A program made the translations under genes and the position numbers. Shown here in pieces: positions 39,524 through 48,457 of a stretch of 64,000 nucleotides of DNA. A model generated the notes under the pieces. The model had not been told where the DNA came from and searched no databases. It saw only the letters and a list, made by a program, of their open reading frames with translations. Position 1 is the first letter of the stretch. The number at the start of each line of letters is the position of its first letter. The stretch lies in IMG/VR virus record IMGVR_UViG_3300020380_000001, positions 124,001-188,000 of that record, one strand, 5' to 3'.

Positions 39524-39922
39524 AGTTTATACCTATTAAAATGATTGTTTATCAAAGTGTAAGGCATAAAGTGGCCAAAGTAAAGAAAAGATTGAATAAA
39601 AAATGGCACACAAGGTAAAAGTAAAAAATCAATAATCAAGGGCTAGGCCTTCAACGGCTCACACCCACAACCCAAAGCATACTATCAACTAATCAAAGGA
39701 CATCATTATCGATCAAAAATCACATGTATTGGCTTGCAATATTCTATATTCGATTTATCAATATCCGTCGGAAAAGTAGTAATCTTCATTTAGTCAACTC
39801 GTTTACGAGTAATGGGTTTTTACTTTTATTATTCCTAGTGTGCCAAGTTCGGGGCCAGAAACGATCGAAATCACGCCCCTATCTAACAAGGTGCCTAAGC
39901 CTAAGCACCCCGTGAGAATTCT

Positions 39923-40546
39923 TTAAATTATTTCAAAATCACGTAGTGTGTCAATAACGTCGTCTGACAGCGTGATTTTGTTTGCGAGGTTTAACTCAAG
40001 AAGCTGTTCGTCAATTTCGCGAAGTCTGCGCTTTTTCGAGTTAATAATATCACTTATACGGCCTTCATGATCTTCTGACATAACAACTACGTCAGCAGTT
40101 CCGGAACGGTAGTTGAACTCATCCGAGTTGGAGCGCTCTGCTTTTGACTTGATACGCTCTTCTAATTCATCAGGGCCCGATATTAGTGGCTGATGTACAT
40201 GGCGCACATCAAAGCGCTGCAACATTTTGATTACTTCTTTTGCTTCGTTATACTCAGATAACAAATCAGCAACACCGCAACTGGCATTCGCCCGGGCTAG
40301 TTCTTTACGGATGAAAAACATTGCTGATGTTACTACTTCAATTTTTTCGATGGTTTCCCAGATGCCGTCTGATGCCTTTTGAGCGGCTTTCACTGCTTGG
40401 TCTGGACTGTCAAGTGAAATTGACTTAGATGTAGCGAAGTTAGTGTTGTGTAACTCAGCTGACAGTAGCTTCGCCAGGGCTGAAGCCTTCTTTAGATTTA
40501 CTTGCATCGGATTTCCTTCCTTTATAATGAATGTTGAATCGCACAT
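39923..40546 (-). CDS. hypothetical helical protein
   Basis: 207-aa track ORF, likely start about 40507 (MQVNL, SD AGGA). Confidence 0.75.
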   Translation of the reverse strand: MCDSTFIIKEGNPMQVNLKKASALAKLLSAELHNTNFATSKSISLDSPDQAVKAAQKASDGIWETIEKIEVVTSAMFFIRKELARANASCGVADLLSEYNEAKEVIKMLQRFDVRHVHQPLISGPDELEERIKSKAERSNSDEFNYRSGTADVVVMSEDHEGRISDIINSKKRRLREIDEQLLELNLANKITLSDDVIDTLRDFEII

Positions 40547-40694
40547 GGTTTCTGCGAATTACTTTCTTTTTCATTTAATTTTCCTTATTATACATTATTA
40601 TTTTTCAGTTGCAAGACCTTTTTGGACAATTCTTATAAGAAAAGTGAGTAGGGAATCTGACTTGCTACCTACTCACTACCCGGTTTGTGAATTA

Positions 40695-41108
40695 CTACTG
40701 CGCAGGATTAGTGTACGCTTCACGTTTTCCGAACATGATACGTGTGCTATCTCTGCGCTCATAGAAACGTCCATTTTCTGGGTTGCGTTCGACCAAAATT
40801 GGTCCGTTAGATTTCATTTTAAATACATGTTTTTCACCGCTTTTGTTGCGTGTGATTTTGTATTCTTGATTAGTTGCATGTTTACCATTTCGGTCAGTTC
40901 TCGATGCGCGGTCTTCTTGAACCACTACATAAGAAAATCGTCCATGAGTAAACACGTCTATTACCGTGGCTGGCGTCTTGCCTTTCCACGTAACTAAGGT
41001 TGCCGGCTCGCCTACTTCGCGACCCTGTACAGGATCAGGTCTCGGCTGCATCGGTGCTTTCATAGCTACCCCCACACCCTTAACTACATTTACTCGAATA
41101 TTAGACAT
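40695..41108 (-). CDS. hypothetical protein
   Basis: 137-aa ORF, SD GGGG, sigma70-like promoter upstream. Confidence 0.75.
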   Translation of the reverse strand: MSNIRVNVVKGVGVAMKAPMQPRPDPVQGREVGEPATLVTWKGKTPATVIDVFTHGRFSYVVVQEDRASRTDRNGKHATNQEYKITRNKSGEKHVFKMKSNGPILVERNPENGRFYERRDSTRIMFGKREAYTNPAQ

Positions 41109-41269
41109 ACAAAAAATTTCCCCGTGTTGTGTTAATTACACCGAGATTATTATACAGAAACGGTCATAAGTCAACAAATTTCCTTAAAATAATTAAAAAA
41201 ACTTCGAAGACAAATTACGTAATGTTAACTTTGATTATTTGTAGTCATGAGCCAGCGCACCAAAAAAGT

Positions 41270-41411
41270 TCTTAAAAGTTTGTGTTTATTATTGCTTTTC
41301 ACAAACTTAATACTACCAAGTCCCTTATCGATCTTGTCCCAATGCTAGCTTTTACTGGGAGCGCCTACGGTGTGCGCTCGAATAATACAAAAGTAGCATC
41401 CCTGGACAACG
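41270..41411 (-). ncRNA. candidate stand-alone small RNA (long interrupted hairpin plus terminator)
   Basis: Promoter TTGCAA(41441-46)-17-TATATT(41418-23); nested stems TTGTCC/GGACAA, ATGCTA/TAGCAT, CTTTT/AAAAG, GAGCGC/GCGCTC (41334-41409); 9-bp terminator 41276-41308; no ORF. Confidence 0.55.
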
Positions 41412-41481
41412 TGATATAATATACGAAAGTATACTAGGCCTTGCAAGCGTTTTTTGCATATTTTACAAGGCCGTGTATAAA

Positions 41482-41964
41482 TTACACTCTACGTCTTATA
41501 GATAGTGTAAGGCCGCTCGGTTTTACTTTGTGCCACGCACGCACTGCCCAGTAATATAACTTAGCCATGCTGAAGTTTAAGTCCTCCAACATCTCTTTAA
41601 AGATTATATCAATCTGTTTAGTAGTAACCCATTCCATCTCTTTAGGATGCTCGTTTTTAATTTGAAGAAGAACGTCATGCACCAACGTAGCGCGCCACAG
41701 TTCTGGCCTTCCAATACTAGTGTCCCACTTACCATCCCAAGTACCAATAATCATTGGACCTATTCTAAATTTAGGCGATGCGCCATCCCATGCGTATCCT
41801 GGATATACAGTAAGCTCACCGGCTTTTGTTAAGGTTGCTAGAACTTTTGTACCATCGTCCGACATAACGTTGAGATCAGTATAAGGTTCTATATCGAAGC
41901 TCTCAGAGACAACTTCTGTGAGAGTGTAAAAGTAATTTTTAGACATACCACTTTCCTTAGTCAA
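41482..41964 (-). CDS. DUF1353-like protein
   Basis: PGYAWDGAS, ATLVHDVL, IDIIFKEML motifs; likely start 41946. Confidence 0.7.
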   Translation of the reverse strand: MTKESGMSKNYFYTLTEVVSESFDIEPYTDLNVMSDDGTKVLATLTKAGELTVYPGYAWDGASPKFRIGPMIIGTWDGKWDTSIGRPELWRATLVHDVLLQIKNEHPKEMEWVTTKQIDIIFKEMLEDLNFSMAKLYYWAVRAWHKVKPSGLTLSIRRRV

Positions 41965-42005
41965 GTACTAGTGATATTTACGTAGATATGAAAATTGGGG
42001 CGGTT

Positions 42006-42314
42006 TTAATCCCAACCCCAAGGATCCTCCCAGCGCTTGTTAGGTTTAAACTCGTAACAAGTAGTGGGGTCAATTGCCATTTTACGACACGCATTTCGTT
42101 CATAACAGCGGCGTGCACGATTGTCGTAATGTTTTACATAGCGCAAATAACCGCGCCAGTGTCCAATATCACGAGTGTAAGTTCTCATGTAAAACTTTTC
42201 GTCAAAGTCATAATACCAATAAGAATCGCGACTCTTATTAAGTTGACGTTCGATGTGGGCCTTTAGCTCACCTTTCGTTTTACAGTAATGGCGCTTACGC
42301 ACAGTTCTAGACAT
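42006..42314 (-). CDS. basic hypothetical protein
   Basis: 102 aa, SD GGAGG. Confidence 0.75.
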   Translation of the reverse strand: MSRTVRKRHYCKTKGELKAHIERQLNKSRDSYWYYDFDEKFYMRTYTRDIGHWRGYLRYVKHYDNRARRCYERNACRKMAIDPTTCYEFKPNKRWEDPWGWD

Positions 42315-42369
42315 TGTATCCTCCGTTGAAAATTAATTCAACGGAAAACTAGTGCTGGTCCTAACATAA

Positions 42370-42726
42370 TTATGCCTCTTTAGATGATTCCGGAACAGGG
42401 AAAGTAGCGTAAAACATGCCATCGCCTTTAGTCTGTAACTCAGAGCCAAGGTCGCTTAGCTTTACGTATAAACCCGATTCACCGGATATTGTGTACGCTG
42501 TAATAGTGCGCATTGTAATGCCAAAAAGTTGGCTGTGATATTCAAGAGTGCAACGTTGCGACCCTGTAATATCAGTTAACAGCACCGGTGCCATTTTCAC
42601 ATTAGCGTCCGCTCGTAGCGTAGTGCCAATCAAACCGTCTTCGATTACTACTGCCGGGAAGGCATTTAAGTCGTAATCAATTTGTACTTCTTGCTCTTCC
42701 GCTACCGTTGCTACCACTTCTGTCAT
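42370..42726 (-). CDS. hypothetical protein
   Basis: 118 aa; TAAATA at 42758. Confidence 0.7.
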   Translation of the reverse strand: MTEVVATVAEEQEVQIDYDLNAFPAVVIEDGLIGTTLRADANVKMAPVLLTDITGSQRCTLEYHSQLFGITMRTITAYTISGESGLYVKLSDLGSELQTKGDGMFYATFPVPESSKEA

Positions 42727-42796
42727 GTTAAATCCTACGTGTTTGTTAATGTATAGGTATTTAACGTGCGGTACTCAGTGTTGCGTCAAAAAGTAC

Positions 42797-43045
42797 TCAT
42801 TTTGTTCGCTTGCGTGATTTTTCGCGTACTGCTTTGTAATACGCCCTTTCATCTGCCTTGCTGGCAAATACGGTGCGGTAGCCAATGCCGCGAGTTGAAG
42901 CAGTCATTTTGCCGTTATAAATGGCAAGATTACGCGCTTTTGCGCGTAACCTGGCATATTGCTTTCTGCCTGCATGAGTCCTTATCTCTGGCACAACCGA
43001 CAATAATATTTGCCGGTTAAACCATTTTCGGATGCACCGCAGCAC
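42797..43045 (-). CDS. basic hypothetical protein
   Basis: 82-aa ORF. Confidence 0.55.
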   Translation of the reverse strand: MLRCIRKWFNRQILLSVVPEIRTHAGRKQYARLRAKARNLAIYNGKMTASTRGIGYRTVFASKADERAYYKAVREKSRKRTK

Positions 43046-43215
43046 TAGAACTCTCGTGAGCGATCAGTCAAAATGATAATCGCATCAGGGTCTGCAAGCT
43101 CTGGTTTAGACTCTCGGCCACTTACAAATTGCATCTCATTGACACGGCGCAAATAATCCGGCTTGTCTACATGAGAGTTAATTTCGCTTATTAAGTCGTC
43201 GAGTAATTGATCCAT
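43045..43215 (-). CDS. small hypothetical protein (56 aa)
   Basis: MDQLLDDLISEINSHV...SREF; below track cutoff. Confidence 0.5.
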   Translation of the reverse strand: MDQLLDDLISEINSHVDKPDYLRRVNEMQFVSGRESKPELADPDAIIILTDRSREF

Positions 43216-43234
43216 TTTGTCTAAACCTTTAAAG

Positions 43235-43435
43235 TGGTGCCCGGCTTCATTTTATGTATTCTATCCACTAACACCAAAGCCTCCAAGCGCTATGACTAGT
43301 ATTAGCAACTAACGCAAGCCCATCCCCGTAAGCACTATGTATTATATTATGGTCCACAGTCAATTCACTACTCGGGGTAGAGCGTGCTAAGCATTTAATG
43401 ATCGTCGTGGACGGGCAGTTGTAAACCCGCCGGGC
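43235..43435 (-). ncRNA. 201-nt tRNA-like ncRNA (acceptor stem plus ACCA)
   Basis: GCCCGGC/GCCGGGC 7-bp terminal stem then ACCA; own promoter TTGCAA(43476-81)-16-TACAAT(43454-59); several internal helices. Confidence 0.6.
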
Positions 43436-43488
43436 GTTGTTAATTAAGCCGTGATTGTAACAAACCAAATCACACTTGCAAGGTGTTT

Positions 43489-43719
43489 TTAGGAAATTTT
43501 GTATTTCAATATCTTGTCTAAGTGAGAACTCATTTGGTTATAAGCTTTGACACTAATGCCGTCGGTGTTACTGCCGATCGCATCGTCTAGCGCCTTTATT
43601 GCTAAGCCTAGCTCAACAGGCACACCAAGCTTTGTCGCTTGTGCTTGTCTTTTTGCTGCTAGCTCTGCAGCGACTTCTTCCGCGTGCTTGTCGTGCCAAT
43701 ATTGTTGTCCCGAACTCAT
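43489..43719 (-). CDS. hypothetical protein
   Basis: 76 aa, SD GGAG. Confidence 0.7.
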   Translation of the reverse strand: MSSGQQYWHDKHAEEVAAELAAKRQAQATKLGVPVELGLAIKALDDAIGSNTDGISVKAYNQMSSHLDKILKYKIS

Positions 43720-43723
43720 AAGT

Positions 43724-43999
43724 TCATTCTCCTATTATATCACTCACATTCAATGTTTTGACTCTACCACGTCTTTCGTAGAGTATGATCTCTACGCCTA
43801 TTTCGTGCAGTAATTTGACACACTCCAAATAGGCATCGCGCGTTAGGTTCTCACCATGTGCGCCTGAAATATACGCTGTCGTATCCGAAATATGCTGTAT
43901 TGTAAAAATACCCGTATACGGCTTACGTTCGTCATATCCGTCTGAATCCTCGTATACCCTAATTTGACTAACTAACCTACTTATGTGTGCACCGTACAT
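43724..43999 (-). CDS. hypothetical protein
   Basis: 91 aa; TAAATA at 44022. Confidence 0.65.
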   Translation of the reverse strand: MYGAHISRLVSQIRVYEDSDGYDERKPYTGIFTIQHISDTTAYISGAHGENLTRDAYLECVKLLHEIGVEIILYERRGRVKTLNVSDIIGE

Positions 44000-44031
44000 A
44001 AATCATCTCCTATTATAGAGATATTTACAGG

Positions 44032-44316
44032 TTACTCACTCGGGTTCCAAATCCAGAGCATTACTTTTTTGGAAGCTTTGTACTCAGTCCATCCTTTCGG
44101 TATGTCACCGACCCTGCCATTTTTACGCGCTTCGGATGTTGACTTTACCACCTTTAATTCTTTCAACAAGTTGGGTATCGGCATATCATCCACGAAGATA
44201 ACTTCTTCGTCACCGTACAAGATGTCGAGATCGTTTTGTGTCCATGGACTTGATCTTACTACTACATTCATTGATCCATGCGCCTGAAGTGTTTGGCTAA
44301 ACTGCGAGTCCTGCAC
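44032..44316 (-). CDS. hypothetical protein
   Basis: 94-aa track ORF; start uncertain. Confidence 0.55.
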   Translation of the reverse strand: MQDSQFSQTLQAHGSMNVVVRSSPWTQNDLDILYGDEEVIFVDDMPIPNLLKELKVVKSTSEARKNGRVGDIPKGWTEYKASKKVMLWIWNPSE

Positions 44317-44600
44317 TCTGACAGGTATCGTCTCAGTTTTGATACTTTTACGTGGAACTTGTTAGCGGCCTCGGAATCAGTACAGTCGTGTTCGTTAAGA
44401 TACTTAGCTGCTCTGCGTACTGCATTACAGTGACGTCTGTACTGTCGTGCCACTTCTTTTTCGGTGTGATTAAACTTTTCGGCAATGCTTTTTGAACACG
44501 TTACTACTACAGGATCAGAATCGTTTAAGATTGATATACCCGTTGCGCTCAATACCAGGCGTTCCATTTCCCTGTTTGCTTGGTAATATTTTCCTGGCAT
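44268..44600 (-). CDS. hypothetical protein (possible HTH at C-terminus)
   Basis: 110 aa, SD GGAGG; DSEAANKFHVKVSKLRRYL resembles an HTH. Confidence 0.65.
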   Translation of the reverse strand: MPGKYYQANREMERLVLSATGISILNDSDPVVVTCSKSIAEKFNHTEKEVARQYRRHCNAVRRAAKYLNEHDCTDSEAANKFHVKVSKLRRYLSECRTRSLAKHFRRMDQ

Positions 44601-44613
44601 ACATCCTCCGTGT

Positions 44614-44868
44614 TTACTTCACGCCCATTATGCCCTCGATTTCTTTCTTAGACATCATGACATATGTGTTGTCAATTACCTTGCACCATTTGCCGTTGAT
44701 TTTGGTAGCCACTTCAGTGCGATATTGGTTACAGCAAGGATCGTGACCATCAGGGAATCGCGCATTGAGGCTCACTTTTTCACGATCATGTGGATACGTC
44801 GAAGCGTGGTAAACCTCGCCTCGTTTAATCCCTAGTCTCGTGTCGTTCTTCAGAATCATTACTTCCAC
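44614..44868 (-). CDS. hypothetical protein
   Basis: 84-aa ORF. Confidence 0.65.
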   Translation of the reverse strand: MEVMILKNDTRLGIKRGEVYHASTYPHDREKVSLNARFPDGHDPCCNQYRTEVATKINGKWCKVIDNTYVMMSKKEIEGIMGVK

Positions 44869-45226
44869 TGGGTATTCCTTTTTCTAGAGCTTGAATTTCA
44901 CCGGTATCAGTGTCTAATACGTAGACAAATACACGGCAGTATGAACGTATTGTTGCGATGCGGCACTGTCTACGGTCTGACTGAGAAACTAGTTGCTCGC
45001 AGCCTGACAATGTGGTGTTAAATGCAATGCGGTCCTGGCCGCTCACATTAGTACAATCTTGTTCAGTAAATGGTTGGAATCGGGAACAACCGGTGATAAA
45101 CAGTAATGGGACTAACACACCTAATAGTTTTCGCATACTTCGTTGCTCCGTTATAAATAAGGCCCGGGCGCTTTGAGCAGAACAGACGGCCAGTGCTGTA
45201 TCTACCCATAACGCCCTTGAAGGCAT
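44825..45226 (-). CDS. putative lipoprotein
   Basis: Internal MRKLLGVLVPLLFITGC lipobox suggests a true start near 45136. Confidence 0.55.
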   Translation of the reverse strand: MPSRALWVDTALAVCSAQSARALFITEQRSMRKLLGVLVPLLFITGCSRFQPFTEQDCTNVSGQDRIAFNTTLSGCEQLVSQSDRRQCRIATIRSYCRVFVYVLDTDTGEIQALEKGIPSGSNDSEERHETRD

Positions 45227-45323
45227 AGAATCATCCCTCTATATGTTTTTTGCGCACGGCATACGCGCCGTGGTGGGATTTGCGCCCAAATGAAGCATGC
45301 CAACCAATTTAACTGGTTGAAAA

Positions 45324-45446
45324 GGGTGGAGAGTAAGGAATCGAACCAAATCCGCCGGCTTGGGTTTAATGAAAACTTGCTGTTAGAATACTAATACAGT
45401 ATTCGTTTCATTCGGGGCCGGAGTGCAACCATTACACTTCATCTCC
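45324..45446 (-). ncRNA. tRNA-like gene with structured insert in the anticodon loop (degenerate scaffold)
   Basis: D arm GTGT/GCAC, anticodon stem CCGGC/GCCGG, TTCGATT T loop, imperfect acceptor, ends ACCC; insert carries the 27-nt core at 45378-45404. Confidence 0.65.
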
Positions 45447-45466
45447 ATATTCGCTATTATACGTTT

Positions 45467-45703
45467 TTACTTGTTAGTGTCAAGTAGTTTTAGCAAATTT
45501 TTTAAAAATTCTGGATCTTGTTGTTGGACTGGCGCAGTAGTTGGAATTGGAACGGCGCGTACAAACTCGGGTTCTTTATTTCGTTTGCATGACATGACAC
45601 ATCCGCATGTCATATCAAAAGCAGATTCACCAAAACCGTGACTCACGATGTCTTCTACTTCAGTGACACAGTTGCAATTGGTGCATATTATTATTTCATT
45701 CAT
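45467..45703 (-). CDS. small Zn-ribbon-like protein
   Basis: CxxCxC...CGCxxxC. Confidence 0.6.
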   Translation of the reverse strand: MNEIIICTNCNCVTEVEDIVSHGFGESAFDMTCGCVMSCKRNKEPEFVRAVPIPTTAPVQQQDPEFLKNLLKLLDTNK

Positions 45704-45752
45704 TATAGTTGCTCATATAACAGATGGGCCAAAGGTATCGCGGATAGCAGGG

Positions 45753-46124
45753 CTAAAGGTACTCTATGTCTATTACCTTAGCACTAGGCACAGTGAACTC
45801 AGTCTCACGATCAGTTATATTACCAAAAATGATATCGTTTGGGTTGAACTCAAACGTTACCAGTATTTCTTCTTCTGCTAGGCCGCTATAATAGTCAAGC
45901 ACATAATCACGGTCAAGTGACATGTAAATGCCGTTACCGGGCATTCGCATCGTATCGCCTTTCTTTATATCAAGCACTATGCGATTGTTGGCGCCTGCTA
46001 CTACTTTGCCGTTTTCTATGGCCATGACTTTATAGCCGGTCATAGTTTGATTTCCGGCAATGTTTTCAGCCATGCTACGTAGTACAGCCGATACATCATC
46101 CTGAAAAAGTTCATCTAAAATCAT
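45753..46124 (-). CDS. late protein, possible ADP-ribosyltransferase fold
   Basis: GNGIYMS...YY...ETEF pattern; TAAATA at 46149. Confidence 0.45.
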   Translation of the reverse strand: MILDELFQDDVSAVLRSMAENIAGNQTMTGYKVMAIENGKVVAGANNRIVLDIKKGDTMRMPGNGIYMSLDRDYVLDYYSGLAEEEILVTFEFNPNDIIFGNITDRETEFTVPSAKVIDIEYL

Positions 46125-46175
46125 ACAAGTTCCCGTTAGTTGTTACACTATTTATATGATTTTAGTTGAACGCTT

Positions 46176-46433
46176 TCAATCCTGTGCGGGAAAGCGAACA
46201 GCAACCTGATTGCCATTTGTGTCAATACCATTGACAGACCAGGTTTTGTTAATATGATTTTGACGCACCATGGCAGTCAATGTCACAGATTCACCAGTTG
46301 TGAACTCCACGAGCATCTTACACATATGGGTGTCAACAAATTGCAGATCATCAAAGTCCACAGATTCGACAACGCGGGTGTCATACCCGCGATATCGTTT
46401 ACTAAACCATTTGAGTGTTATTACTTCCATCAA
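46176..46433 (-). CDS. hypothetical protein
   Basis: 85 aa. Confidence 0.65.
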   Translation of the reverse strand: MMEVITLKWFSKRYRGYDTRVVESVDFDDLQFVDTHMCKMLVEFTTGESVTLTAMVRQNHINKTWSVNGIDTNGNQVAVRFPAQD

Positions 46434-46810
46434 CCTCTCGCTTGTTTCATTGCTTCAATATCATCTTCGTCGTACAAATACGCATCACCAACAGCGTCGT
46501 GGGCTGGGCTACCGTAACGCGGCGCTACAGCGTACCATAAATCTGAACGGTGTAATTTGGGATAGCGGCCTTCTTCAGAAATTTTATGACGCATAATGTT
46601 TAAGCGCTCACGTTGCAAGTTCAAATCTTCGCTTGCAGCAACATGGCGATAACGCTTACCGTTGAATAATTCAACTTGGAAATAATAAACATCAACGATG
46701 ACGTTTTCACCGTCTTCAGTGTAATGACCAGCTTTATATTGCTTATCAGAAACAATCTCAAGCGAATGTATTTGAACGCCTTCTAGGGCTTTGGTGTACT
46801 TGTCTGTCAT
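46430..46810 (-). CDS. hypothetical protein
   Basis: 126 aa, strong promoter upstream. Confidence 0.75.
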   Translation of the reverse strand: MTDKYTKALEGVQIHSLEIVSDKQYKAGHYTEDGENVIVDVYYFQVELFNGKRYRHVAASEDLNLQRERLNIMRHKISEEGRYPKLHRSDLWYAVAPRYGSPAHDAVGDAYLYDEDDIEAMKQARG

Positions 46811-46845
46811 ATCGTTTTACCTTGTTTTGTTAGTTTACAATAGAT

Positions 46846-46873
46846 ATGATAGCGCCTTGAGCGTCAATGTCAA
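46846..46873 (-). promoter_or_regulatory. early sigma70 promoter with UP element
   Basis: TTGACA-16-TATCAT, A/T tract upstream. Confidence 0.7.
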
Positions 46874-47129
46874 GGCCTTTTTGAAGAAAAATTAAAAATT
46901 ATTCTTATTCAGCTTAGCTCTGCACGAGTCGCTGCGTCAAGCAAGTCAGTGATAGTTTTCAAGTAGCCTAGACGCAAGTTAACACCGTGGCCGTCGCAAT
47001 CATTGCCAACGTAGCGCGCCATTTCTTCTCTCAGTGCTGCCGCCGACATGTTTTGTAATTTTTCAAATGCTTTGTTTTTCATGATATTACCTTATTAATT
47101 GGGAGGAAGGGAGGGTTGTTAAACAACCC

Positions 47130-47402
47130 TTAGCGTAAGTAAGTTTGCTTCAAACTGTCAATCCAGTTTGTCATGCTTACTAGTTGCTTCTGAGTCATGC
47201 GCTCAGTGCCTGCCAATTCAAGCACTTCGTCTAACATGTAACCAATTTGGTCGCTGTTAGCGTAGTAAGGATTATTTTTGCTTAACACATAACCAGTGTT
47301 ACGTGTACGACGCTTAACGAAATTTTTAAGGTCAGCCACAGTGTGCTTTGGCTTTTCAATCAACGCTAGCTGTTCTTTTTTAATGCTGTTCAAAGTGTTC
47401 AT
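47130..47402 (-). CDS. hypothetical protein
   Basis: 90 aa, SD AAGGT; terminator hairpin right after the stop. Confidence 0.75.
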   Translation of the reverse strand: MNTLNSIKKEQLALIEKPKHTVADLKNFVKRRTRNTGYVLSKNNPYYANSDQIGYMLDEVLELAGTERMTQKQLVSMTNWIDSLKQTYLR

Positions 47403-47443
47403 AGTGTCTTACCTTTGTTTGTTAAATGTCGTCTTCAGTATCT

Positions 47444-47471
47444 ATATTACTACCTTGACGACCAAAGTCAA
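47444..47471 (-). promoter_or_regulatory. early sigma70 promoter with UP element
   Basis: TTGACT-16-TAATAT, A/T tract upstream. Confidence 0.65.
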
Positions 47472-47507
47472 CACCTATTTGAAAAAAATTTCAATTATTT
47501 TTCGACA

Positions 47508-47951
47508 CTACTTTAGGAAGCATTTTGACATTAAGCTGCCGGCAGGTATAATAATATAGTACACCGCGTTGTCACCGTGTCCCATTTCATTCCAAAAAAA
47601 CAACACATAATCACCTGAGTTTATTTCCTGGATTACTAACGACTCACCGTGCATTTCGTTAATGCTAAACGGATCAAGGTTAGTGTTGTATTGCACCGGC
47701 GCGGATATAAATTCCAAACCATCTCGCTCTACGCCAATTAAATCAGCTATCACTGACTCATCAGCGTCAACAATATAAAGGTAAAAACCTTCCACGCTAG
47801 GGTCAAGATTTATAATACCGTTGCACAGCACGTTTGATACCATGCCCGGAGGGATAGGGGTATGTAACACAGAACCAGGGCGTATAAAAGAAAGTGATGA
47901 AAGTCCCGATCTAACAATGCCGTCAACGGTGTTTGCGATTAAGTGAGTCAT
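47508..47951 (-). CDS. hypothetical protein
   Basis: 147 aa. Confidence 0.7.
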   Translation of the reverse strand: MTHLIANTVDGIVRSGLSSLSFIRPGSVLHTPIPPGMVSNVLCNGIINLDPSVEGFYLYIVDADESVIADLIGVERDGLEFISAPVQYNTNLDPFSINEMHGESLVIQEINSGDYVLFFWNEMGHGDNAVYYIIIPAGSLMSKCFLK

Positions 47952-48004
47952 ACTATTGCCTTTTTAAGAATTAGTTCAAAGACAGTATTACATGGTGTGA
48001 GATT

Positions 48005-48176
48005 GAAAACAAGACTATTCGCGAGTTGTCTTGCCGGTCATTTGTTCCTACCTTCTAATTGCCATTTAGTAAGGCTGACCCCGGACCTTCCCCTAACAAG
48101 TTAGGCTAGCTGGTTAAGTAGCTGGCTGGGCTACACAGCACATACGGCTCCAGTTTGTCGCGATCCGGTCTTTTTC
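48005..48176 (-). ncRNA. candidate structured ncRNA
   Basis: ORF-free about 170 nt with CCTAAC/GTTAGG, CCTT(A)CTAA/TTAGAAGG and CAAGAC/GTCTTG hairpins, and possible GACC-GGA/TCC-GGTC pairing. Confidence 0.4.
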
Positions 48177-48178
48177 GT

Positions 48179-48457
48179 TTAATCCTTGGATGTCTTTTCA
48201 ACATCCTCGATATTCTGCATTACATCCTGTCTGAATGCTTTATACGCGCTCGCTAGTACATCAGGTCGCGTTAAACCAATCCACCACGACATAATGTTAT
48301 TGATTCTATTTGAATCGTCAGACGGTGCCTGTGGCGTTTTAAACCAATGAAATACAGTTAGCATACCTAGCAGGGTAAAGAATATACCGCCAACTGAGAG
48401 TAAAAATAAGAATAGTGACAGAATCATAGAATCTCCTTTTCTTTTATTTACTCTCAC
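48179..48457 (-). CDS. small membrane protein
   Basis: N-terminal TM; likely start at MILSLF. Confidence 0.7.
   Translation of the reverse strand: MRVNKRKGDSMILSLFLFLLSVGGIFFTLLGMLTVFHWFKTPQAPSDDSNRINNIMSWWIGLTRPDVLASAYKAFRQDVMQNIEDVEKTSKD

Noticed and set aside
43235-43468. Standard tmRNA (track ORF 43268-43468 contains AYGDGLALVA)
   Set aside because: No stop after the Ala-like stretch, no G3-U70, no TTCRA T loop; too short
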